Source of the DNA: Paramoeba atlantica
Lineage: Eukaryota > Protista > Discosea
NCBI GenBank assembly: GCA_977017575.1
Contig: CDRNVI010000190.1
Span: 119,440-183,439 of the forward strand
Reading direction: 5' to 3'
DNA: 64,000 nucleotides
Of this stretch, positions 11,936-24,548 are shown one piece after another. The position numbers and the translations under genes were made by a program. Under the pieces are notes generated by a model. It was given only the letters and a program-made list of their open reading frames with translations. It was not told the DNA's origin and searched no databases. Each line of letters begins with the position of its first letter. Within the stretch, counting starts at the first letter, position 1.

Positions 11936-14900
11936 CTACATATAACAAGCCCAACCAGCAAACATTTTACCAAGGTTCTCAGGATCTGTGGCTTGACCAA
12001 TAAGAGATTGAACATGACCCTCAACAGACAATGGCAAAACAGTATCATGTTGTCCTTCAAGAAAATCTGTCACTTTATGAATGATTGCCCGAGCATGGAG
12101 TGCTCCCCCTTCTCTTGTCTTTTGTGAAAGAGTGATCCCTCCACTATCTTTTTCTGCTTTCGAGAGACGTGAACTCCTTTTGGTGGAGTCTTTGCTTGTC
12201 CATTCTGCCAATGGATCATGGACAAGTGTTTCAAGTACACTCAACAACGCACCTCGATTTTCTCGTAAGATCCGGAGAGTAATAACACAAGCCTTTTTGA
12301 AAACCCCTTCGGAACCAGTGCACCCCATTCCATCCAATAGATTGGGGGTCAGTCGAAAAGGGACCCTTTCTGGAATTGAAAACTCCAATCCTCTCCAAAA
12401 CAAACAATTAAAATCAACATGCATGATTTCACCTGATGAAGTGTCAATCAAGATATTTTCCGCATGACGATCCCCCAAACCCAAAACGCTCCCTACCATG
12501 GACATCACAGCTAAAGATCGAGAATACAAATTCCGAGAAAAGAACCAAGTTTGTGGATTGGGAAAAGCATACAAGAACCAATTGTAAAAGACTCGGCAAA
12601 ATTGTTTGCAAGACTTTTCGAATTTGCTTTTTGCCCGACTGTTTGTGTTTGATTCTTTTGCGAATCGATGAGCAAGAGCATTATCTGACTTAAATTTCGA
12701 TGGTCCATACTGACGAACATATTGCTCTTGAAGAACAATCCGAAAACATGACATGTTTTGGACCCATTCCACAACACCACAATCCTCATTCAGAGCCACA
12801 ACCGCATAAGTCTTAATTCTAAGCCCTCTTTTCATTGAATCAGGATCTCGTTGCAACAATCGATTCATAATTAAACTGAGTTCCATAATTCGAGCATCTT
12901 TTCTCAAAGCGTCTTTCTTAACCAACAAAGGGTATGACACTCCATCACTCCCAGCCACCGCGACTCGGAGAGGTTTCTGCAAAGAAGGAAGAACAGCAAT
13001 ATGATCCTTGAAGGAAACCAACATCACTGGTTTTTCAGAAAATGGAGAAAATCCACCAGGTGCTCCACCACGTGGTAAATGTGGGGTAAGTTGAGATTGA
13101 ATAGGCATCAAAGCTTTTCCGCGCCACCGATAAAGCTCAGAAAAGCTCTTGCTCAAGGTTAAGCTTTTTGATTGGTGTTTCCCTAACTCGAGCATGACTA
13201 ATTTTTCGAGAAGATCACTTAAAACCAACGAATCTTCAAACTTAGAGCTATCCAACTTTCTCATAATCAAATTGGCCTTCTTCTTTCGCTCCTCAGAAGT
13301 TGATTGAAGAGTACCAATAAAACTCCAAAATGCTTGGTATGGAAATTGATCCAAAACTTTTCGTAAAATATTTTTCAGAAGTTCAAATACACGGCTATCT
13401 GAATGGCAAACACGAGACACTAATTGGGGAAGACACATTAACCAAATGTGAGCATGGAGCTCTTTAAATAACTCCTCCATCACTTTCGCGACATTAGACA
13501 ATTCATCTGTTTCTTTCCCTCGAAGAGTAATCTCATCCCCAAACCAGAGCGTCAGGAGTCGAGGAAGTGATTGGAAAAGATATTTGTGGCCAAATTGCAA
13601 ACTCAGCCCATAATTTTTGATTGCAAAAGAAAGGTAATGAACTGGTCGAGTTTCCTTGCTTGATCGATAAAAATCTCGAAGTCTCTTTTTGTTCTCTAAA
13701 TATGGGGACGATTCTACATTCGTTCGCGCATTGAAAGTCTATTGGATTGAGAAATTTTTTTAAGAAAGACCATTTCTGGAAAATGAGAAGAAAATAATAA
13801 TTAAATTAAAAAAAAGCTCAAAAATATTACCTGAACGATTTTGTCGGTATATTGGCCAAGGAAAAAATAACCCTTCTCCCAATCTGGGCACTCGTCAATC
13901 GCTTTTTGATAAGCTTTGATTACATCTACAATAATTATCATCAAAAAAAAAAGGTGAATGACATGAAAATTGCTTTTTAAATTATGGAAAAAAATCGTCA
14001 AAAAAGAAAAACAAACCTTTCACGGGTGCCTGAGCTGCTTCTTCCATGTATCGCCCAAGGAGAAGAAGCGCTTTCGCTTGAGATTGCTGTGTTTTCTCTT
14101 GTGAGGAGCTTTTTGCGCTTTTCTTGGTGGCCATAAGAAGGGCATTCAATTGATCTTTGACCTGGTGGTGCTGTTTTTCGGTTTTCCAGGTAAGCTTCAT
14201 TCTCTCAAAGAGAATTTTAAGGTCACAATCAACTGGAGGTTGGTCAGCATATCCTTCCTCCTCACTCCGGAGCAAAAAGGCCGTTTCGAGAGCATGTGAT
14301 GAAGATGAATAAAGCCCTTGTAACCGAGCCATATGTCCAATTCGCAACCAGCATCGTTTTATCATCTCCTTGATTACAAGAGAAGCATTATCCAGGTGCA
14401 CCTTTCTGTAATGGGAAGCGAAATGACTAACACCTTGTCTCTTCGAATCCAAAGTACATTGGAGTGCCGACAAAGTTCCAATCCGGATCCCAAGAAGTTC
14501 CACTCCTGTTTGATATAGAGAGGGGACTTCACGTAACCGATGTTCCCATACTTCAGAGAGTCTCCCTATTTCTTCTGCAAATGTCACTTGCGCTTTCCCA
14601 CTGGACCCTTTGCAGTCTCCCAAAAGATCAAGAAGTTGTGCCACAGAACCAACCTCATAAAGGGCAGATAACCTCAGAAGATAAAGATAAGAATGCTGAT
14701 ACGATTCAAGACTGACAGCTGCCATTGGACCCGCCAAAGTTTCTCTCGCTTTCTCGAGACTTGACTCAACTTCGGCCCGGTTTCCAATTCTTAATTTCAA
14801 CAGGGCAGACCCGACATGGGGATAAAAAGAGCCCAATGCCAATCCATCAGACGCATCGACAAACTCAGATAAACGAGACCATTGACCAAGCATAAGAGCA

Positions 14901-17900
14901 GCTTGGATTCCAAGTTGTAATACAACCACTTCATCCTCAGCCCGCCAGTGTTCTTTCTCTTCAAAGAGTGAGTCGCAGAGAGAAGAAAGAGATGTTCCTC
15001 TTGGAGGTGTGTTTAACTGCGCCCTTGATGAAAGCGCAGGGAGCGCAGAGCGAACAAGGGAGAGAACGGAATCAAGATGCCCAGACCAAGACAAATATCG
15101 CAATCGATTAATATGATGTTGCGGTCGCCCTTGGCCCCTTTGAATTAACAACTCACATTCTGCATGGTGATCCAACCATCTGTCAGCATTTCTCCCATCA
15201 CCTGATTCATCTAAAAACCCAACAGAGATAAAAAATTAGGGCATGAAATTTAAAATTATAATTGTGATTAGCAAAAAAGAATCGAAACCTGAAGGACCAG
15301 AGCCAGACTTTCTTTGTAAACCAAACAATAAATCAAGCTCATCTTCTGATCCCTAAAATGTAAGTAATATGAGTTTATGGAACTTTCTTTTAACACTAGA
15401 GTAACTCGGTGAAATGAATTTAGAGAAGGATTCAGGAGACCTGAATAATCGTTTCTAAAGTAGCTACATCTTCAGGAGAGAGATGAGAACCATGCAGAGG
15501 AGTCACAGGAGCTGGTTTTTTCTGGCGTAAATATTGTTCAAAATATAAAATTGCCCTCGAATGTGCCCCAGATTTCTGAGCTGCCTCTGCCATCTTCGAA
15601 AGCTGCAACTGTTGAAGAAGATCCAATACAATTTTCCAATTTGAATGATAACGAAACTCTTCACGAGGAAGTCTTCTCTGATAATATTCGAAAAATTCAG
15701 AAAACCGAATTTACAAAAAGAAAAAAGAGAGAGATCGAAAAGAAAACCTTCTTCGAGGCCATTTCTTTGAGTTGCTGTTCATAAAAGAGTTTTCGATTTG
15801 CTTCAATCTCTTGATCTCGACACCATTTGAAGAGAGTATCAACGATTTGGAAGAGTGCTTGAATTCCTAATTGCTGGAGTTCTTTCTTTTGTAAAAACTA
15901 GAAGAATGCGAAGTTAACTTAAGAATCTCGTTTTTTAAAACTTTTTTAAAATAGAGAAAAAGGCAAACATGATCGTTTAATTGTGAAGAATCAGATACAC
16001 CTGATGAAAGTACAGCGTCGAGTTCTGTAAAAATAGCCTTTCGGTCTTCTTCCTTTCCTCGCAAAATGACTCGGAGAAGTAAATGAGGGAGGAGAAACAT
16101 CGCTAAACGTGAGTCAAATCCAAAAGTAGATTGACAAGGAGCAAACATCTTTCGATGTTGTGGTGGTAGTTGTGTCGACAAGAGATATGCCCAATCTCCA
16201 ATCCACTGCCCAAAATTTTTTGCTCTTGGAAACAAACAACCAGTTGAAGCTGGTCCTAAAGCTGCCTTATTTTTATATTTTGATGTGAGAAAGGGCAACA
16301 AAAGGGTCCGCTCATCTTCGTCAAAGTTTTCCCACACTTCATCTCGAATATCTGATTGTGCGATTCCTTGCTTCTTTTTGTGTTGAGCTCCAGCGCAAAG
16401 ACGAAGAAGTTCTTGAATGGCAATTCCAGCTGCGTTACTAGCTGCAGTGTTCGGAGCTGATCTGACAAATTGGATCTGCATTTTAAGGATTGGGACAATC
16501 AACTTCTCAGAGACATCTTCGCCCACATCATCCTATAAAAAAAAGGTTAGAACAATGTATTTCATAAAAAAAAAAGTAAATTGAAAAAGAACCAAGGAAG
16601 ATTTTGAAGAAGAAGAACGAGCGAGACTCACATCTCGAGGTCCAAGCTCACCTAAACATTCCAAAAAAGGCATTCGATTTTTCAATTGGGATGCTCTTTG
16701 AAGGCCTTTGATTAGAGCTCGGATTAACTCACGGCACAAATCTCCATGGTCTTCATCATCTGGCCATATTTGATCACGACACAGTTCTCGGATTCGTTCC
16801 ACAACCAACAACCGAACTCCTTCACTGTCACAGGTTTCGAGGTAATCTTTCAATTGTTTCAATTCAACATGCCAATCATCATCACCTTCTGGACATTTAA
16901 AGGAAAATGGAAATGATGATGACGATGACGCAGATGAAGAAGGAACAAGAATCCTTCCCCTGGCCCAAGCTGTCCGAAACTTCTCAAGATCACGGGAAGT
17001 GGGAATAAAAGGAATGGATGAATAATATCGTCTCAACTCCTTCTCTTTTTCAACAAAAATATACTCAAAAATAGAGATGACACTTTGTAATTGCAAATGG
17101 GGAAGCAAATCAACAATGAGCAAACTCAAGATCGGACCCAAATGATCAGGTTCAAGATTTTTCACAAATATTGACCATGTCAAACAAGCCTCTTCTCTCA
17201 ATTCTGGTTCTTCCATTGCCAATCGGAGAGTCGTCATGACTTTGGGACGAAGGGCTGAAACACGAGCTCCCAGCATCTCAAATAAAATTCTTAACCCCTA
17301 TTCTCAACCAAAAGTATTTTAAAACTCTTTTAATTTTTAAGAAATACAATAATTTTAGTGGGTTACAAACCTTGAGATGTGCCAGTTTCTTTGAAGAATC
17401 ATCCATCCTCCCGCTTAAAAGAATGTGATCAAGGATCCAGATCAGCCACTTCGAGAGGGTGACGCAAAATTCTTCATCTGGTAATAATTTTGAGCTGTGT
17501 AAGAAACTCGGACTTCCATCGGATGACTCTTCTTCCTCTTCAAGATTTCGTGAAGATTTTTTCCCTTTATTCTTCTTTCTTTGGGAAGAAGAATCAGGAT
17601 CACTTCCTTCAGATGATTCAGTTAAAGTTGCGACGAGGTTGAGCGCACGAAGGCACTGAGTCCTGTCAGACTCCGTTTGCTTTGTTCCCAAATGCTCCAA
17701 AAGGTGCATAACTAATGAGGTTCGGACAGACGTAAAGGTTGTAGTGAGGCTCGCCTTCAAAAATCCAGTCAGTGTTGAGAGTGCGGCTGTTGTTGTCGCA
17801 CTTTCAGAATTGATGAGAATGGTACTTAAAATTTCTGAAAGATGGTTTCGTAACATATCCTTCACATCTATTTTTAAAAATGCAGCGATTTCAGTGAGCG

Positions 17901-20900
17901 AAGCGGATCTTTCTTCCAAGATCATTACGGGAAGTGTATCTGGCAAAGCCCTCTTGACAAATTCGACTGGGGTTCCGCCAAGTAATTCTAAGCAAAATCA
18001 ACTTTGAGTAAAATGGTTGTTTCAAAAAATAAAAAAGAGAATTAAGAGCGCGCAAAATCCCGAACCTGACGCAGCAATGATGGGAGGTGGAATCGTATGT
18101 GATGAAGAATGCTCATGGGGAGGTTCCCAGTCCCGCATTAATGTTGGAAAGAGAAGACGAGAAAAGCGATCAAAAAGCTGTCTCGTCAATTCTGTCGTTG
18201 GCAGCTTTTTTTGAGAATCTGCTCCTGAAGAACCGGAACCGCTGTGGATTTCACAAATTGATCTAAACTGCCTGAGGCAGTGAGCCTATTTCCCGAAAAA
18301 CTTATTTACAAAATCAAAAAGCGCTCCGAAAAAATAATATTCAAAACAGAATTCGAAACCTTGATTTGTCCACGACTACGACCCAAATGTGCCAAAAACA
18401 CTAAAATAACAATAAGGATGATATCCTTATCAGTGGTTAAGCGCCCAAGCTCTCCAAGAGCGGATAAAACCGTAAGGAGCGTATTTTGATTGAGACTTGC
18501 ATCTGATAAAGCTCGTTTCAATACTTTAATAAGATGATCAGAGAAACACGGGGACACAAATTTTCTGATCAGTGGGACTAATGCCTCCCTGGTTGTTGTT
18601 TGGGGTAAAGCAAGATCCAAAAAATTATCCACTATCTGATTTGAATGAATTCGCAACTCAGACAAGGGGAGATGGTCCACAATTTTCCCAAACGAAGACC
18701 GGAAAAAAACCAAACGAATGGGGCTCGGAGATTCTCGAATAATCATCAAAAAAGATCCAAGTTCAGCAAATTGAGTCTCACTCGTGCTTCCGCCTGATTG
18801 ATGATCCCTTTCCCATAGATCACTTCTGGGATCTGAACGACAACAAAGAGGACAACCCATATTTTGTGGATTAAAATCGTACCAAAGCTCAAACCCATTA
18901 TCTACAAGATCTCCCAAACTTCTTCTTCGAGATTGGGGGTTATGTGAGTGGCGAGATGATTCAAAAAACAGGGTCGGACTCAAAGCGGAACCAGATAAAG
19001 AACCATTCTCTCCCCTCTTTATCAAACAGAAGTCGTAACAACACAAAACGAGGCCAATGCACCGAACGATCTGAAGAAGGATCCTTTGGGATTTTGTCCT
19101 TGACGATAAGCGAAGAATATGATCTAAAAATTTGCTAAAGGAAGACAATGAAAAGGAAAAATCCCTCTTTTTCCCATCGGGTCGACTTTCCTCTTTCAAA
19201 GCAATTTTTCGAGATTGAGAGAGACAAGTCACATTTAAATCATCTTCATCCTCATCAACAATGATAAAATCAGAACCTTCACCAGTCATATCGGCGTCTG
19301 TGTTCAATATAATTGACTCTTCCGTGGTGTCAAGTTGAAAAGCACGGCTCGCTGGAGCAACTGAGAGATTCCAAGTGAAGATAGCAATTGATTCGATTGC
19401 AGAGTCAACTACTTCTTCATTTGAATGAGTTAAACCAGCCAAAAGGATATCTACGGCTTGCGCTTTACTCAAGAGTGAATCCATGGAATAAAGAGGTAAC
19501 ACGCTCAAAAATTGGTACATTTTGATGAGAGCCTGGGCTTGGGTGGTCCCAGTTTCAGAAATAGCCAGACAGATAGATGCTGCAGCCTGAAGCGCACTCT
19601 TCAATAGATTTCCTGGGCTCTCTTTGGTTGAGAGAATGAGAATTAAACACATGAGCCATAAGTCAAGCAAGTAAAAACTTTTTTCCGCATTTTGATCGAT
19701 TTTTCGACATAAATTGTCACAAAAGGCCTCAACTCTCGGAGAATTGAACCCAATCTGAGCCAAACAACGCAGAATTCCTAAGATATTGATCCACTTTGCT
19801 CGAACAGTCCTCTCTCCGGTTCCATTTACACTTTCTTCTTGTCTGAATAAAGCAAGAGCTTCTCCTGAAGAAATTAAGACATTTTCCAAACACCTTCAGT
19901 GATTTTGTTAAAAAAATTCAACAAAAATGAAAAAAAAAAGGAGAGTTTTACAGTTCATCCTCCTCCAGTGTATTCTCCATTCCCTTTGGATCAAAGTCAG
20001 TCATTACTCCACATAGATACCCAATCCATGGTTGTAATTTAATTTCAGAGAGCAAGGGAACTAAAGAGCAAATCAAAGATTCGAGGAATGGTATTTCATT
20101 CGCGAATGCACAAGACACCTTCACAAAAGCGACCTATCCACATTTTAATTTTACTCCCTGGAAAAAAGAGCAAAAACAAAAAAAACAAATACCTGAATTG
20201 GAGCTGGGACTTCATGGATCTTTTTTTGAAGTACGTTGGCCCACTGATCCCAATGAGTTTGCAAAATAATCCGATTTCCAGGGGCATAAAAAATCCACGC
20301 CTCTAAACAACTTGACAAAGTGACAACAACTCGTTCTTCCCTCAATTGAATTTCCTTGTAATCTCGGCCCTCTTCGCCGCTTGGATTATTCTCAAATTGT
20401 GTGAGGATAGGGGGAGCCAAAAAACAAAGAGACGACCAATCATTAATTGAACAGATAAAAGTCAATAAAAGGGATCCGACTTTATCAACCCAGTGGTTTA
20501 CAGGAACTTGGTGTTGTCCTTGACCCCTCATCCCTTCCAATAAACTTTTGAGGAGTAAAGTTGTCGAATAAATGTGAGAAAAAGGGCAGTGATTCAATGA
20601 CAAGCTAATAATTCCCCAGAGAGGACTCCCAGACCCCCGCCAATGCCATAACAGGTCTTTATGTTTCTCGATTTGCTCTCTCATTAAATACATAAGAAGC
20701 CAGTGAAAGCGTAAAACACCTGCTGAACTCCAAATTTGAAAGGGAGGGTGCTCCTTTTCTCGGCGCATTCGTTTATGAGGACCATAATCAACATTCCTTT
20801 TTCTTTTTTGCTGAAAAAAAAAATAAATCAAAGAGAAATATGAAAGAACAAAATTATTCAAAGAAAAGAACATCAAGTCTTGTGTCTTCTTCATCGCTCA

Positions 20901-21579
20901 AGTTTGGAAGAGCAAAAGAAGGTTTATCTTGATTGGAAGGGAAAGAATGGAAAAAATCGTCCAATGGAATGGAAAGGTTTTCTCTTGTTTCAGGTTCTCC
21001 ACACAATCCATTACCACCCAGAGACTTTGTCACTTCTAAAAGACGAAATCAATAAAATATGGAAAAAAATTCAAAAGACGAAGGTGAGCAAAACAAACCG
21101 GATAAAAGGAAGGTACATCCATGACACAACTCTAAATACAAGAGCGGATCATGGGTAGCCAAGAGACTCCACATCGACCGAACTAAACGAATAACAGTGT
21201 GTCTGTACAAGAGATTTGATGTTTCAGGGACTGATTTTTGTGATGATGACGACGTTTGTGGTGTTGGGAGTGGTGTTGGGCATTGAGGAGATGTTGATGC
21301 ACAATACCGAAGAAGTTGGAGAAAGAGAGATCCAATCTCAAGAGAAGAAAATAATGTTGGTTGAGAGATACTGAGATCAAGAACCATATTCATCACCATT
21401 TGTGCCTCTCTGTGCTCATTTGGAAGGAGGAATGGGAGTTCGTGCATTAATTTGGGTAAGACACTCCGGATGGTCTCTTCACGTTCCTCCTCTTTCTCTT
21501 GTTCAACAGACTCTCGAATTAAATCCCAAACAACCTGTAACTTCAATCTCCCTCCTCCTTCTGAAGTTGACAAAGCCAT
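11936..21579 (-). CDS. ATR: ATR/Mec1 PI3K-related serine/threonine kinase (multi-exon)
   Basis: Kinase domain (SLQKP, KKDALRKDAR, LGLGDRHAENILID, HVDFNCLF, PERVPFRLT), FATC (LSVEGHVQSLIGQATDPENLGKMFAGWACYM*), FAT and UME-like regions upstream, then HEAT-like helical exons. The assignment of the 5'-most exons and start codon (21579) is inferred. Confidence 0.9.
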
Positions 21580-21750
21580 GATTTTTTACAGTAAAAAAAG
21601 AAACCAACCCACAAAAATCATGGATCAACTCGCCTGACAAGAAAATGAGCCAAAAGGCTGTGGTGTCTTTGTGTTTTTGGAAGGGGGACACCGTAGTTAT
21701 TCACAACTTCTCACATTGTCCCTCCCCTCTTTCTCTTTTTTTAAAAAGGA

Positions 21751-23211
21751 ATGGACCCTTCTGGAAAGAGAAAGAGGGATGCGGGGGACGTTGACCATAG
21801 GAAAAAACTGAAACGTGAAAAAAAACCACCACCACCTCCCATCACCAAAAGTTTACAAAGATGTAGATCAGAACCCTGTAACGCAAAAACGAACGCCCTC
21901 TCTTCGCAAATTAAAGAACTGAAACAGAGAGAAAAGCGTCTCTTGGAACAAGTCAGTCGACTGACAAAACGTCAAGTTCTCCAACACTACCCATCTGCCC
22001 CGATGAAAACCATCACTGAACGACACCTCAAGCTTCAGAACGTTTTTGATACTGAAGGTGGACACGGCTGTGTCTTTGTGCTTCAATCAGAAGCAGGACT
22101 CTTTATTGCCAAGCAAGAGATAGACAGTAATCTTGAGATTGCAAATTGTTTAATGAGGTTGGTTGGGATCCGAGTTCCGACACTCAAAATCCCGACAAAA
22201 GAAGAGACAGACCTCCTCTTAACACAGCTCCTCACTCTCTCCTCAAGTGAGAAGGCGACAGAACTTACAAGGACAACAGCGGCAAAAGCACACACAGCTC
22301 TTGGTCAACAAAAAGGACTTCTTTTGCTTGAATATATCCATGGGCATACGATGGAAGATCCTCAATTTGGGGTGAGCGATTTTTTCGAGCCATTCACGAA
22401 ATGTTATTCTCTTTCCAATCAGGGTCGACAGATGCTCAGAGACATGGGAAAGTGTTTAGGGGTGGATATTTTTCTCAATAATCATGACCACCTTCCTCTT
22501 GAAGGAATCTGGACATCCAAAGAAGGAAATTTGGGCAATTTTCTGATTTCCACTCGAAATGTGGGTGGTCTCTCGGCTTCTCCGCATCTCGTATCTATCG
22601 ACCATGCTGGTGTTGGATTCCCAAGAGAACCAGCGAAACAAAAAGCGTATTTCAAAAAAGTTTTGGATGTTGTCAATAGAATGTTGGCCAATCCACAAGA
22701 AGAATCTCCATCGATACGGAGTGCGCGAGTTTGGATTGAACAACAGGTCAATGGGGTCAATGGGTTGGTAGGAACTTGTGGAAACCAACAGGAATGTTTT
22801 GGACTGGAAGGGTCAATAGAAATTCAAAAAGGATTTTTAGAAGCACTCATTCAAATCCTCTTGATCTCTTCAAATGGTCTTTTATCGAAAATGTTAACTC
22901 GGAGTTCCACTTCTCTCATGATCTCCACATTCCCACTCACTTCCCATTTAACTCCTCCTCGAGCTCCTCTCTCCTCTTCATCTTCTTGTGCAACTTCCCC
23001 TGCTTTTTCGACTCCCTCAACTTCATCATGCCCCAGAACACGATCGTGGCCATCAATAGAGAGAAAAAAATTTGTTGAGGACTCTCTCAAAGATCTTATT
23101 GACTTCGTTTCAATAGGCACATCACAACTCTATGAGAGTGTAATTGGAGTTCTGACTGACCAAAGACCTCACAGACTCTCTGTTAAATTGTCTGTCTCTG
23201 TTTCCTTTTGA
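21751..23211 (+). CDS. Actin-fragmin kinase catalytic-domain protein with basic NLS-like N-terminus, intronless
   Basis: EGGHGCVF, FIAK, LMRLVGIRVP, LLEYIHG, MGKCLGVDIFLNNHDHLP..WTSKEGNLGN and VSIDH match the AFK family pattern (DxxxNNxDRxP..W.N.GN..N..ID). N-terminus has KRKR..RKKLKREKK. Confidence 0.75.
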   Translation: MDPSGKRKRDAGDVDHRKKLKREKKPPPPPITKSLQRCRSEPCNAKTNALSSQIKELKQREKRLLEQVSRLTKRQVLQHYPSAPMKTITERHLKLQNVFDTEGGHGCVFVLQSEAGLFIAKQEIDSNLEIANCLMRLVGIRVPTLKIPTKEETDLLLTQLLTLSSSEKATELTRTTAAKAHTALGQQKGLLLLEYIHGHTMEDPQFGVSDFFEPFTKCYSLSNQGRQMLRDMGKCLGVDIFLNNHDHLPLEGIWTSKEGNLGNFLISTRNVGGLSASPHLVSIDHAGVGFPREPAKQKAYFKKVLDVVNRMLANPQEESPSIRSARVWIEQQVNGVNGLVGTCGNQQECFGLEGSIEIQKGFLEALIQILLISSNGLLSKMLTRSSTSLMISTFPLTSHLTPPRAPLSSSSSCATSPAFSTPSTSSCPRTRSWPSIERKKFVEDSLKDLIDFVSIGTSQLYESVIGVLTDQRPHRLSVKLSVSVSF

Positions 23212-23395
23212 CTTTTTTGATAACCACGATAAAAAAAAATTAACAGTTCACTTCCAAAGAACAATAAAATATATTAACTTAAAAAAGATGTCTTTTATTT
23301 TTCCCTCTCAGAGAAGGAGAGGTGTTGCTCTTGGGATTGACAAAAAGAAGTTGTGGAAGAAGGGAAGAAATCTGAAACAAAAAAGTGATATTAAA

Positions 23396-24344
23396 TCACG
23401 ACTGAGCCGCAACCGAAGCCCTTTTTATCAATTTGTCATAATCCTTTTGGTAACCACGATGAGGTTTCACAATGACAACACTTGTTGGCCTCTTAGTGAA
23501 ACAAGAATATCCGAGAGCTTCTTTGGAAGGAACGAACATATAAGGGATATCTATTCTTACATTATGTCAATGATATAATTTTGATACAACGGTCTTTCAA
23601 ACTTTGTGAAATTGAAATATTCACAATGTCTCTTCTTTTAAAGGAATCAACAAACCAGCATTTTCACAAAGAACTGGGATATGAGCAATCACGTCAATTG
23701 GTGAAATATCACCCGCAATAATACAAAATCTGCCATTACTTTTTCAGAAAGAGGTAAAATCAAAGAAAAATCGTGATAGCGTTTATACCCTTTTTCCTTC
23801 TTGCGAATAGCTTTGACCACTTCCTTTACCCCTCGAAAAGTTTGCTTTTCTTCAGCTCCTGTGTCCGAAACAAATCAATTCTTTTCTTCTCTTCTCTTGA
23901 TTTTTGTTGGTTTGTAAAGAGATCAATTTGAATTATTTTGAAACTCTTTTTGATTTGTTTGGAAGTTGGTTGAAAAAAGGAGAGAGAGGTCAACAAACCT
24001 TTATGGACAAGCTTCAAAAGGCTTTTCGTTTCCTTTGGATCCGCCATTGGGGTGGCGATTTTGTTTGCGAATGGACGCTGGGCTTCACATTTTTCCAAGA
24101 TATTCATGTGTTGATCTTTACCACCGTTTTCAGCTTCAGCATCATCATCTGCGGAGCTCTTCTTCTTTTTTTTGTCTTTTTTGGGGGTACGTTCCTTCTC
24201 ACTGATGTCCATTTCAGAAGCATCATCTGAAGACTTTTTCTTTTTTTTCTTTTTTGGTGTATCACCATCTTCACTCTCTCGTTTCTTTTTCTTAGGAGTA
24301 TCATCATCCTGAGTTCTCTTTCGTTTGGGGGATTTCTCAGACAT
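23396..24344 (-). CDS. NHP2: H/ACA RNP subunit NHP2 (L7Ae family) with Lys/Asp-rich N-terminal extension (4 exons)
   Basis: Spliced exons give IATPMADPKETKSLLKLVHK | AEEKQTFRGVKEVVKAIRKKEKG | FCIIAGDISPIDVIAHIPVLCENA | DIPYMFVPSKEALG...TKRPTSVVIV. Confidence 0.9.
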
Positions 24345-24548
24345 CTTTTTTTCTCTTGGTTGCGTGAACGTGAACGGGTTTTCTTCTTCCTTCTTGTCCT
24401 TTTTCTTTTTTTCCCGTTTTCGCCCCAAAAAGAAAATATCCACGTCATCATTTTTTTGAGTCGAAAACCAAAGCCAACACCAATTTTTTTTGTTTTTTTT
24501 TTGGAGATTTTTCATTTTTTATCTTTTTCGATTCAGTTTTTTTTTTTT

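Noticed and set aside
21680-21692. GGGACACC shared between the ATR/AFK and RhoGEF/A2M divergent promoters
   Set aside because: Only two occurrences of an 8-mer, not seen in the other divergent intervals, which is compatible with chance.
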